From: Massalongia carnosa
Lineage: Eukaryota
DNA: 64,000 bases
Direction of reading: 5' to 3'
Assembly: GCA_965645245.1 (NCBI GenBank)
Contig: OZ287069.1
Span: forward strand, 310,001-374,000
Part shown: positions 1 to 11,865 of the stretch, piece after piece
How positions within the stretch are numbered: the stretch's first letter is position 1
Layout: each line of letters begins with the position of its first letter
Program-made: the position numbers and the translations under genes
Notes under the pieces: model-generated
What the model was told of the DNA's origin: nothing
Seen by the model: the letters and a program-made list of their open reading frames with translations, nothing else
The model's database searches: none

Positions 1-455
1 TCATGTATCCCCAACAAACAGGAGTCAGCGGCACGACTAGCCCGCTCCTCGTCGACTGAATCGTAATGATGCGATGCCTAGGCCCATATCGGAAGAGGGG
101 GGCTGCCCGTACGTACATACATACATACATACATACGTATGCATAGGCAGATAGGTAGACCGTATGTATGTACTCTGTAGCTCTGCGCCACCCCTGACAT
201 CAAGATCTTTCTACCCCGAAACATGAATCTGTACAACCGAAAAGGTGGAGGCCATCATGTCGATAATTCGTGTGTTTCCCGATCCAGCAGGGGCCCCCGG
301 ATACACAACATCATTGGACCCGACTATCTTTCTCCACCACAGAGAACACGGCGCCAATTTAACACGCTAAAGAACTCGGACGCTGCGTTTGCGCCATTGC
401 CTAACTTCCCCACCAATGTGAAAGCAAGTTCAACAAACAACTCCCGTCGCGAGGC

Positions 456-1825
456 TTACTTCCCCCCGAAATCCAACACGAAGCGCCTTCCCACTTCCAT
501 CTCCTGGTTCTGGTCGTCCTCGAACTTGAGCCGGTACACGTCTTTCTTCACGCCCGTGACCACGGCGCGGTAGAACGTGGTGGTCTCGGGGTAGCGGGCG
601 AGAACGGGCTTGCCGACGGGGTAATCCGTCAGCACGGCCTCAGCGCTTGGAATGGCGATCAAGGCGGCGGCGGAAGTCTTGTAGATCTGGCCAGGGGCTC
701 CGCTGTCATCGGGTTCGGGATCTTGGACTTCGTAGCTAAGAATGACAATGGTAAGTTTACTTTGATTACATTGCTAGAGGGGTTGCGAGATTACCGCTTC
801 TTGTTGCCGGCTTCGGTGATGGCAACGATGTTGCATTGAATCCATTGACTGCCATCCTCCTTCATTTTGGCCTGCTTGTAAGCAACCTCGGCGCCCACAA
901 AAAGCTTGCCCGATTTCTCCACCGACGGTCCCTTGCTCCCTTCCGCGCCGTCCACGGAAGTCTCTTTGCAGTCTTTCGTCGACGGGACGGACCCGCTGCG
1001 AACACTGGAACCCTTCAATTTCGTGGCCGAGGTCGTCGCTACGCTGGGCGAAGGACCAGGCGAGTCCGCCGCGCCATCCATGTCGGCTTTCTGCTTAATT
1101 TTCTGGCCCCGCGACTTGGATTGCTGCGGGTTGCGAGGCTCGTTGGCGCTGGCTGCGCATAAGGCCTTCAGAATGCCAATATTCTTGATCACATCGTGCG
1201 GCTCTTCACTGAGAATCGCCTTCTCTTCTTCGGCCAGTCGGTGGCCTTCTCGCCAGAAACTTGCAACCTCGGCCCATTGATCAGAAGTTCCGCCTAGCTC
1301 GTCATGGGGGTCAGTGGTGTTCCGCTAACAAGGTTCACATGAGTACAGGAGCCCAAGAGGGAGGCACAGAGAAATATTTATTGATCTAGTACGAGAGGGT
1401 AAACGAAAGGATTATGTGGGTTAGGGTTCAGCATATACGTCTCACAGGAGCGAAGCTAGCAAGGGCTCATGCTTGGAATATGACCAGTAGTTGCATCGCT
1501 AGAACACAAATAAGAATGCAAGTAAATCTGTCACTGTATTCTAGACGCTATGAGCTGCATCGCAAGATCATGCATCAGACATCACAGTCACACCGGGTTA
1601 TGCAGAGTAACAAAGCACACAGCAGGACGTTAACGTACCGTCACCAATTTCATCCTGAAGCGCTTTGGCCTTTGCCATAGCTGCTTCACTTCTTTCCTTC
1701 AGACTTTTGCATGTCTTCAGGTCGACGAGAATTTGACTCCACATTTTGATTTCTTCCTCTGCAGCAACGGGATCGTCCCTTGATGGACCCTGGCGAGGTC
1801 TATTGTTCCTGGCTGCCATGTTCAT
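456..1825 (-). CDS. SGF29: SAGA complex subunit Sgf29 (tandem Tudor), 3 exons
   Basis: C-terminal Tudor motifs (QWIQCNI...YEVQDPEPDD; GKPVLARYPETTTFYRAVV...YRLKFEDD...RRFVLD). Exons join across introns at about 1294-1638 and about 736-793. Start could be ATG 1825 or 1819. Confidence 0.92.
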
Positions 1826-2477
1826 GTACCTGAACTGTTCGATGTGCTTGAATTACTCTTCGTGAGGCGAATTTCTAAAGAGAGTACTTGTCGTAGATGT
1901 AGATGTGAATGTGACTCAATTTGTACTCGAGGAAGGGTGTGTTAACGATGATGGATGATTTACATGGAGGGAAGACGAGAGCGACGTTGAGCGAGCATGC
2001 TAGGATATACCGGTTCCAGGCGCAGTCTGTTAAAAGCTGTTAGGGTGTCGGTATTGGTGGATTGCACATGCGAATTCGCCTCATTCGCCTCATTCGCTTC
2101 ATTCTTGGGATTATTATCCGTTATTACTCTTCTTTTTCGTGGTTTGGGGAAGGCTTTGGCGTGAGTTTAAGTGCGTCCGTTCGCATCGTTCGCATCGGTT
2201 GGGGGCGTGTTTGCAGGTGATTGTGGCTGAAAGAGGCAGAAGTCGCTGGCACGTGGCTGGACGCCATTGAAAATAAAGATCTAATCTTATCAAATCATCC
2301 GAATCTGTGCTCGTATGCCGTATTCGTACTCGCGCAGTTAGTGTGCAGGTGAATTACTTCATCCGGTAAGATGTGCCGCATCCGGCTAGCCTGCCCCTCA
2401 CGTCACCTATCCTATGGAAGGCCTTTCTCACTCCCGCTCCTTCATCCCATTCGCACCGTCGATCTTTCATCATTACA

Positions 2478-4595
2478 ATGAACGTATTTGCATTTCATAA
2501 CGCATATTCTGAAACAGATGACGTCTCGAAGAATGAGAGCGACGAATAAACGAACTTTGACATCGACTCGAATGCTTTTGATGCGAATCTACTGAAGCTG
2601 AAGCTGAAGCTGCACAGATTGAACTCGAAGAAGGCACAACGAGACGTGGCAAAACATCCGAAAACGTGTGAAAGACCTTGCGTCAACTATACTATGATAT
2701 ATGTCATAAAATGATGATCGATGATGTTGACAAGAAGATTACCAATGTTCGTCGTTTTCGAGGCTTTTTCATCAGGCAGGCTTGGCTGGTTTTATGTAAT
2801 ATTTGCACGGGCAATTCTGCAGTGAGCGTGACCTGATTAAGAGTATGAGATACAAACACGTTGTTAGTCATAGCGGCCTTCATGGCGACTTCTACTATCA
2901 TTGAAAGTTCGAAACGGAAATCCTTGCTTTTGAGTTTAAGCGCGTGCAGCTTGCCGTAGGACCTTCATAGAAGCTCGGCCTGATGCTGTCGTCGAGAATG
3001 ACTCTATTGGACTGAACGAATGTCGCTTTACTCTACAGAAATGTAAAATTGAGACTCTAGCAGCCGCCGTACGAAGCATCGTTGCTGATCCTAAAAGTCA
3101 TCATCATGCTGAATAAGGGCAAACGCAAGCGAAATGTGCCATAAGTGTTCATTCATTGCTAAAAGTGCAGAAAGAAAAATCTTCACCCTGTGCGAGAACC
3201 ATATATGCCGTGCAATGTGTCCTATTCTTCGTTTTGTGATCATCGCCTTCGCCCACAATGCTTCTTCTTAAGGCTCGTCTTCGTCGAACTGACATTATAT
3301 ACATTGCACAAATTCTCCAGCCCAGACGGCCGCATTATCATTGACTTCGCTTTCAGGAACGACAGTCTGAAGACCTCAATCTTCCGTCGTTTCACATACT
3401 TCATGAAGAATATACACGTTGGCCCTTTCAGAACTCTATCCGTCAACTCAATTTCGTATCGGATCAAGAAAGTAGGCCAAAGAGCTGGCTTTAATCATTC
3501 CTTCCAGTCTTATGCTCTTCGGCGTGAGATGGGAACGGGACTGACAGATAAGTCTGTAAGCTGGAACACCTCACACATAGTCACCGCTAACGTTGCATTA
3601 GACTGCGGGTTCAGCGATCAGCAGCGTAATCAAAGTCTCGGCCACGCGTGATTGAATACTTTTCTTATCTCATCTAATGTGGTTGTCGACGTCCAGGCCA
3701 CTTTTCTCGATACCGTCAAGAATATTAGGAAGCTCTGCTTACACCGCATCCTCAATCTTCCGAAGCGGCTTTCGGGTCATCAGCGCACGCAGGCTCACCA
3801 GCACCCTGATGTCATCCGTGCTCAGAAAGAAAAGGACCTCCTCGCGCAAAAACTCAAGAACGACTTTAACACTATCAAAAATGGATCGAAGTCCTCCGAC
3901 GGTATTCAGCATACACGGGTTCAAAGTAGACTCAGAGTTTTAAAGCTGCGTGTGAAACGTGAAGCTTTCACAAAGATTCTTCGTGATTTTCACAGCGCTG
4001 TAGACCTGAATCATATGATGACACAGCTCAATCGAGAAGAGCCTCCTTCCAACATGCTCACATTAGTACCATATGTCCTGAAAGAACGCAGATAGCTTGC
4101 TCACGATCTGTTCCAATAAACGATTAAGTCCTCTTTCGCCAAAATGATTCACATCACGATGCGCCTTTGTTTACTCTCCGAAGCCAAGGAATAGAGATAC
4201 AGCAGTCACGAAAAGACACTATAGATCGAACCAACTCGCCATATACTTGCACCCAGCTTTCATCAATGACAACTGACGAACCTAGATATAGCGCCGACTC
4301 TATTGATCTTACTCTAGATCTTGATGACGTTAAACCTCTCAAAGATGCTGAACCTACAAAACCGTAGAGTTTATCAAGTCGATGAAGCTGACAGCATCTT
4401 TCAAGATTACTAAAGCAAAGAAGTTACTCACTTCTTTGACGTGTCTTTTCTATTACGACCCAAAGCGTGGCCGCACGCAGAATCTTACACGCAGCAATAA
4501 TTTGCGAAGGCACTATCGACAAGTGCACTTTCAATACCAGGTCGGCCCTTTTCCCTGTTCTCTACCATATTGTGAGAAGATCATCCGGGACCAAG
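2478..4595 (+). pseudogene. Decayed DUF3435 tyrosine recombinase (Starship captain-like) with C-terminal C2H2-type finger
   Basis: Fragmentary frames give KRVQLA...RPDAVVE...ALLYRNVKLRL...KGKRKR, CPILRFVIIAFAHNA, KKVGQRAGF..SYALRR.MG, SDQQRNQSLGHA*...SSNVVVDVQATFL, and LRRHYRQVHF...FPCSLPYC. Multiple in-frame stops and frameshifts; homology stops abruptly near 4595. Confidence 0.8.
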
Positions 4596-5278
4596 GAAAC
4601 CCCGTATCAGAAGGTAGCGGGAACTTTACCTGACTGGCTGGTTCACTTTTGTCGACTGCATTGTGGCACCGCTACATGAGCTGCCGCCGCCTAGCCCGGC
4701 GCCCCGTTTATTAGTAGATTATGGCACGACGAATCCCTGGTTATTAATTGGCTGATGATCTACGTGACCGCGACTTGATCTGCACCTCAAATTTGGATGG
4801 CAACAATCTAGACTCCTAAATTAGGCTCCCTACGGCCGCTTTTTTTTTTAAATATTACCGAATTATCTGGCAGATAAGACCCTAGTTTTATGGGCAAGTG
4901 AGTCGTCGAGAGGTCGTTTGAGATAGGGTTTTATGGGTTATCAGGTCTTGTAAATGAGGGGGGACTTATGGAGGAGAGGGGAGGGGGTTGAGTTGACGCC
5001 TAGAAACAGCAAAAGCCTCCGCCAAAAAATTTCGTGTATCGGGTGCAAAGGGTGGTGAGAACTAAGGAGGTCATTCATGAAGAAATGAAGTACGTAATGA
5101 AGGAAGAAGTGAAAGGTGTATTGAACAATCTGAATGCTGTTTTTGATAATGATGAGACTAAAAGTTAAGAAATAAATGTGAATGAGGATTAATCGTCGGC
5201 TAGTCGCTCGTTTAATCCTCTCCTTCCAAGAAGCATTCGCTTCTAGTCGGGGAAAGCAAACTTCGAAGAAAAGCAAGG

Positions 5279-5764
5279 TGTCACGGACAAGGTCCAGATA
5301 GGGAGATATGCAAGAGTTACTATTAGAAAGCTAGGTCTAGGGATAGTATACAAGACATCCGACGAAGAGCTTCAAACATCTGAGAAACCACATAGGTTTT
5401 ATAGCCATGGCTTCCAACTCCCCTATTCTTGACTTGCCCTCATCTCTATTCCTGTTCTAATTTCCTAACCATGATCGCTTTGACCTGTTCCGCCTTTCTC
5501 CATGCCGAAGCAATCTCTCTCTGCTGGGCAATCCCAGTCGTAGGCTTGGATAGTGGAGACGTTGAGATTGGATTCGGGATATAGGAGTTTGGGAGTGCAC
5601 TGAAGGCAGCGGAAGAACGTCTGAACACATGGGGTGAGGTTTCAGGATAGTTCGGAATAACGGGCCACGGTTCCATTCAACATGCAGGGCAGGTTTTACG
5701 GCAAGAGAGCTTGTTAAATACTAACCCGATCAGGAAACGTGGGATGCGAGGTAATTCCATGACA
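5279..5764. mobile_element. Solo LTR (family B, copy 1), 486 bp
   Basis: TGTCA...TGACA termini; near-identical direct copy at 51165-51650. Flanks CAAGG/GATTT are not a TSD. Confidence 0.85.
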
Positions 5765-6910
5765 GATTTCAAGACCATGAAGGAGAAACTGTCATTCTCA
5801 TCGCGTCAGTTTGTTTCTCAATCAAAGATCTGAATCAGCCGCAATGAAGACTGAAATTCCTATACAAAACGGCGAAGTTTTACAGCGCAAGTGTGATCAG
5901 AAATTTGTCAGGAAGCAAGTGAATATGTATGTGACACCTTGAGCTGAATGAAACATGTCTTCAAAGAATGTAAATCAGAACAAAAGTCAAACCTTGATGA
6001 CAGCGGAGGAAGAGCTTATACAAGAATCGGTGAAAAAAACGTGACGAAAGAAGAAGTAGCGAAATCATGAAAAGAACCGCCTAATATGAAAATCAGCTCA
6101 TGGTGGATCTATCGAAAATACAACGACTGACAATCAAATCAAAGACCTACTTGAAATCCCTTTTATCAAGAGCTGACTTCCCCACGGTATCGATGACGGC
6201 ATGAGGCAAGTCAAGAAGAACTCCCGTTGACGCATGAAAAAGCTGGTACGTGGACAGTGAAACGCCAAGCAAGGTTCAAAAAAGCTCAAGTGTAATCCGA
6301 CCTATTATTTTGATCAGCAAAAAATGCCCCGCCCGCGTTGCGGCTTTGCTTGCGGTAGATATCTTGAAGCATGTGCAAAAGACATTGACTACTAAATAAA
6401 TAACATAGAAGGCCACCCGGGCACGAGTCCAAGGCCCTAGAAGATGTTGCCGTCAGAGGAGCAGAGGATATGGAAAATTCTTTATAGCTTACACTACGGT
6501 CTACTCCTATTAGCAAACGCCTAGTAAGAAACCATTTCAGAGCATGGAGGGACCACGTTGACATGGAATAGGCGCTTCCGGCATTCAGTTCTTTCGTAAC
6601 ACACCACTTGTCGTTCATACCTAGCAGAAGTCTTTCAGGCAAAGACCACATCTTCTACACGCTCTTCTCCGCGATAGACCGATGGCCTGTATCAAGCAGC
6701 TTGGCTTGCAAGTTTATGTGCGTACAGGGATCGGTGTACATTTTATCAATCTCACACACCGCAGCACGAAGCAATCACACAGTGATCGATCATAGACTGG
6801 CCGAGTGACTTGAGCGATCCAAAGCACGAGGTCCTAGGTTTCAACGAGGGCTACACAAACACGAATAAAGAGCGCCGCAGACAACGAGCTGGTAGAGAGG
6901 TATAAGAAAT

Positions 6911-7234
6911 ATGTATGATGATTTCGTCCTACTTAGCCTGCGGAAGATACTGAATACATTTCACACTGAATGCGGCGACTGCAACCCTCTGCATTGGATA
7001 ACTCCATCAGTTGATGTTCGAGTAAATTTGCCAAATGACGCTGTGGCGGTAGTCGTCGACATTCGGGGTGGTCAAGGGACAATTCGCAATGTTTTCACGC
7101 AAGAGAACAAACATGTGGACGACGTTGGATCTATGAAAGAAGGCGGAAATCTGGTGATAGTCTCATGGAAAAGCAATTGGTGGTATTACGCCATAGAGTC
7201 TGTCTGCGTGGCGCACATCAGGAAGAAGTCTTGA
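6911..7234 (+). CDS. Small hypothetical protein (107 aa), possible cargo gene
   Basis: Uninterrupted ATG-started ORF with beta-strand-like composition (VRVNLPNDAVAVVVDIRGGQGTIRNVF...WKSNWWYY) in otherwise stop-riddled sequence; TATAAG just upstream. No family recognised. Confidence 0.35.
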   Translation: MYDDFVLLSLRKILNTFHTECGDCNPLHWITPSVDVRVNLPNDAVAVVVDIRGGQGTIRNVFTQENKHVDDVGSMKEGGNLVIVSWKSNWWYYAIESVCVAHIRKKS

Positions 7235-7599
7235 AAGACTCAATTTTCAATTCTTCACATTATCTGTATGTATTGTGTAAGTCTTTGGAGATTTGAATCA
7301 TGAAGAAGGTGCATATTTCTACTCGTATGGATCTATCAACAAGATTTCTTCGTAGATTTGATTTGACATCGCAAAAATTTGAAGGTCTCCGTACGTCAAT
7401 TCATAGACACGTTCAGTGAGAGGGCCTAACGTTCATTCCATATCAGTCATATGAACATCAAAGTCATTCCCTTCAAAATTGAAGGGCGAGTTATAATACA
7501 CATCTTCGGGGTTGATTTGCAGGTTGTCTTCTACATCATTATGATTTTTCGGTAATGGCGTCTGGTCGTGTGCATGCTTTGCGCGTTTCGAGGGTCTGA

Positions 7600-7950
7600 G
7601 CTCGATGTGTTCTGATCTTATGAGTACTCAACTATTCAGATTGATAGATCGGAGCGAACTCTTCAAAAAATTCCTAGAATGCCGCCTCATTCTCAGGATC
7701 AAAAAATCTGGCCGAGGTCTTTCTGTCGATGTCGTCACGATACAAATATTTCGAGAGCCTTTGCCGCTATACGAAGTTTGTTAAGTTAGCCATTAGAAAT
7801 TCGAACTAAGCTAGGGGCAATTCGTGGATTTCTTTGATCGTATAAGATAATCCGCAGAGTTTTAGAGCATCGCATTCCAGCCCCCGCAATTATGTCTATT
7901 TTTCTTTCCAACGATCTATCTTTTCAAAGACGAATTTGATGAAATGCTCA
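7600..7950 (-). pseudogene. Eroded protein-coding remnant of unknown family
   Basis: Minus strand reads as protein-like sequence broken by TAG/TAA stops: IRLFEKIDRWKEK*T*LRGLECDALKLCGLSYTIKEIHELP*...FLMANLTNFV*RQRLSKYLYRDDIDRKTSARFFDPENEAAF*EFFEEF. Boundaries approximate. Confidence 0.4.
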
Positions 7951-8881
7951 CACGAGTAGCATGCTGATTTCGGAGTGTCTTGTCGGATAGTGCTTGCAAT
8001 AACAATTTCTCTGTTTTTTGGAGCACTTTCTAGACTTCAAGCTGTACCTACAGTTCGGACAGCTATTCCAGCACAATATCGATTTCCAGGTCGGAATTAC
8101 GAGTACGCCAGCAGTCACTCTTGACCTCATCCAACTTTCGTTCATTCTCCGACGCCGAGGTTAGTTACTAACATCTTCAAGAATTCAACTTCGACCATAA
8201 TAATGTAAGACAATGAGCTCTCAAATACTGGTACGAGACAACGAACTCTCACACAGTAGAGCGGGGCCGTGAGCTTTTCAAGGAGGGTATAGAGGCTCGT
8301 AAAAGGTGCCGGTTAGCTAATCACATTATTTTTGCAACCTGCCAGCTTGCCCCGAGGAACTTCGACAATTTTTATGATTCTTCCTCAAATAAATGCAGGT
8401 GCCCATGCAAGTCTCCGCGATCGCGCAGAAACCTCTCCTTATCTGACGATATACGGAGTACAACGTTAGGAAAGGTGATAGACTATCGGAATTTTAGGCG
8501 ATCAATCAAGGTTATTGTCGCTCGTGCATGAAATCGTGTCCTCGACGGTCTTAATCTCTAATAAAAATGGAAATGACTATGCAGAGGATATGGCTGAGGG
8601 CTGAGGCGCGTGAAGGAGATGGAGTTGACCAAGCTCTTGGAAATATATAATGGTTTCTCAGCTCAGTCTGGTCTAGACAATTCTGAAAAATTACCGAGCA
8701 ATACCGTTAGATTGATTTCGCATTTCATGCGCTAAAAATATCACGTGAGGAGGCCTCGTATCCGTGTCCGCTTCAACTCAACTTTATATTGAATTCATCA
8801 GTAGTCGGTATATAGAACCCAAAGTGTTGTGCATACGATCCGCTTTAAGACAAGAGAAATTCTTAACTCCTGCGTACAGTC

Positions 8882-10546
8882 ATGCAGGTGCCACTGATTC
8901 GGCTGCAGTGTGGTGCGTTCATCCGCAATGGCCATGCAGCAAAAAGACAATGATGCTAATGCTAGAGCTGTAGGAGTAAATAGCTACGATTGGGGTATGC
9001 TATGCAACACTGAGGGTGAAAGAAGAGAACGAGGAAGCTCAGTGGTCATCTAGGCAAACTAGGCTCCGAGTCTGCGGCTGCAAAATGTGCAGCTGCGACT
9101 CAACATCCCTCCAATAGCTTTTCCATAGAAGAGGAGAAGCCTTATTCTGAAGTCCGTTTCTATTGGTCTATGACTATCAAAGCATTTACTGAAACCGGCA
9201 CAGCTATGGATGGGTACACATCCGTCCCTGCCTTCCAAGGACCTCGAAACACAGCGAAGCCTGCTCGACATGGTCCAGGACAACCAAGCTCTCATGTCGC
9301 CGGAAATCACCAAGCGATATGGCGGGAAGCTACCATTCTTGTTCAAGGTTCTCTCAATCTGTAAATCGTTGAGCATTCAAGCCCATCCAAACAAGAAACT
9401 TGCGGAAAAGCTCCATGCAAAGGATCCCAAGAATTACCCTGGTACTAATGTGCTCCCACCATTGTTGCTCTTCTCTAATAACAACGCCTTTAGACGACAA
9501 CCACAAGCCCGAAATGATCATTGCCGTAACCCCGTTTGATGGCCTTTGCGGTTTCCGACCTCTAGCAGAAATCACCCATTTCCTATCCAATGTCCTCTCC
9601 CTGCGGAAAATCATCGGAGACGCCGTGGCGAAAGAGTTTGAAGACTCGATCCACGATCACGAGAACTCCGAGGCAGCCGAGGATGTACAGAGGAACAAGA
9701 AGGCCCTTCAAGCCGCCTTCTCAGTCCTCATGAACGCAGACAAATCTGCTGTGGCGGTCGCAGCCAAGGAGCTGATCGCCTCCGCGAAAGCCGACGGGGA
9801 GAAATTTGCAGGTGGCGGTGGCCCTGCCAACGAAGGCCAGGAGCTAGCAGATTTAGTCGTGAGGCTCAACGAGCAGTATGAGGGAGACATTGGGCTATTC
9901 GTGCTCTTCTTCCTCAACTACATTAAGCTCGAGGTTGGAGAAGCAATGTTCCTCAAAGCCGACGACATCCACGCCTATCTCAGCGGAGGTAAAACCACCC
10001 ATCTTCCCATCTCCCAACCCCTCTTTACTTAGCGTTTCCCAAATTTAACATGACTCGCCCTACCCTTCAGATGTCATCGAATGCATGGCCTCCTCCGACA
10101 ACGTCGTCCGCGCTGGCTTTACGCCCAAATACCAAGATATCCCCACTCTCACCTCCATGCTAACCTACTCTTACGCGCCAATCTCCTCCCAAAAAATGTC
10201 CCCACGTCCTTACCCGCACGCGACCCTGAACGCCCCCGCCTACAGCTCCTCCAGCAGCGCCATCCTGTACGACCCGCCCATTGAGGAATTTAGCGTCGTG
10301 AAGACTGAGCTGCGCGCCCGGGGCGCCAAGGTGACGTTTGAGGCTATTGCGGGGCCGAGCGTGGTGCTTTGCACGGGGGGCCATGGACATATCAGCGTGG
10401 GAAATAAGAAGGAGGAGCTCAAGCACGGATATGTATTCTTCGTAGGGGCGACGGCGGAACTGGTGCTGGAGAGTTCGGGCGAAGAGCCATTTACGACGTT
10501 TAAGGCGTTTTGCGAGCTGGAGGAAAAGGTGGTGAACGGTGCATGA
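8882..10546 (+). CDS. PMI40: Mannose-6-phosphate isomerase (class I PMI), multi-exon
   Basis: [18 protein letters not shown]/...[65 protein letters not shown]; includes short 5' exons. Confidence 0.96.
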
Positions 10547-10912
10547 GGTGGTTGATTTTTGTGGGGGGGGGAGGTGGCTGGAAGGACCAGAAGGGAGTGG
10601 GAATGAGGTCGACGCGCTGAACGTGCAACGTGAAAATTTGGCGACATATGTCTTGGGATGGACATTAAAATAGACGAGATCAAGGGATTTAGCTCGAGGA
10701 CGAAGTGATGACGAATATACGTGAAAGATGGATGAGGGATAGAATCAAACTACCAGGCATGACCAACCCCCTTTCGTTGCTGCATTGCATTCCCCACGTG
10801 CTTCCCCATTCCGTCCATTCAATCATCCATTTCTTCTTTCCTTCCCTATCCGCTTCCCACCGATTTCGATTTCGATTTCAGCTTACAGCAAGACCAGCCC
10901 GACCAAATCGCC

Positions 10913-11865
10913 TCAAACCGCCCTTCCCCTCCCTTTCCCATCCCAGCCTTCTTCCTCCCACCGCACCCGGTCCCCCTCCCTCTCCCCCTCCCCCTCCCCC
11001 TCCCCCTCCCAAAACACAAACCCACACAACTTCCCCCCTTTCCACCTCACCCCGCCCTTCCCCTCTACCTCTCCCCCCCTTCTCCCTCTCGGCCCTTCCT
11101 CACTTTCCTCTTCCTCTTCTTCTCCATCTCCATCTCTCTTGCAGCCGCTATCATCGTCGTTGTCGTCGTCATTGTCGTCATCATCGTCGCCGGCCCCTCG
11201 TCGAGTTCGCACGCGAACACGCTCGCGCCCGCGGATGCGCCTGTTCGGCGACGTGTGCAGGAGCTGCTGGTCCCAGCGCTCGGAGGGGGGGAGCAGGGCG
11301 AGGAGGAACTGTATCTGGAGGGGTGGGTCAGCTCGATAGCTTTATTGTTGGGGAAGGTAGGTAGGGGAAGGGGGTAAGCGAGAAGGGCAGGGGAAATGGA
11401 AAGGGAAGGAGATTGAGGCGGGAGAAGAGGGGAAGGTAAGAGAGAGGAAATACGAACATCGTGCATCAGAACACCCTTCTGCACCAGCAGATTCCGGACC
11501 GAGTTCTCGTCCTCCATTTCTGCCCGCCTTCTCGCCTTCTCGTCTTCGTCCACCTTCCGCCGCTCCAATTTGCCTTTTCCGGCAGCGCCGTCATCCTCGG
11601 AGACCATGCTGCCGTCGGCCTTCTCCACTTCCCCTGCAGCAGCAGCAGCAGCAGCAGTAACAGCAACGACAGCGGGCTTCTTCCAGGCAAACGTCCTAAC
11701 GCGGCCGCCGTCCCATGTTCTTGGGGCCGCTGACAGGGCCGTGGTGGCGCCTTTGGCTTGGAGGGTTTCTTCGATTGCGGCTAGGCTTTCGCGGGCGGCA
11801 GCTAGGAGGAAGGAGGGGGAGGGCGAGTTGGCAAGGAGGGCGAGCAGGGCGCGAGAGGGGGGCAT
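10913..11865 (-). CDS. Hypothetical low-complexity protein, 2 exons
   Basis: ORF 11865->11458 splices (intron 11315-11457, GTTCGT...CAG) into the frame ending at 10913 (...LMHD/IQFLLALLPPSERWDQQLLH...). Contains poly-Ala and acidic tracts. Confidence 0.5.

Noticed and set aside
1418..1428. Telomerase RNA template (AACCCUAACCC)
   Set aside because: The host intron is only 345 nt, far shorter than filamentous-ascomycete TERs, and no other TER domain is recognisable.
5446..5676. Duplicated 76-aa ORF (also 51329-51559) as a gene
   Set aside because: It lies wholly within the solo LTR, so its conservation reflects repeat identity.
10705..11364. Long plus-strand Pro/Ser-rich ORFs
   Set aside because: They are antisense shadows of low-complexity purine-rich coding sequence on the minus strand.
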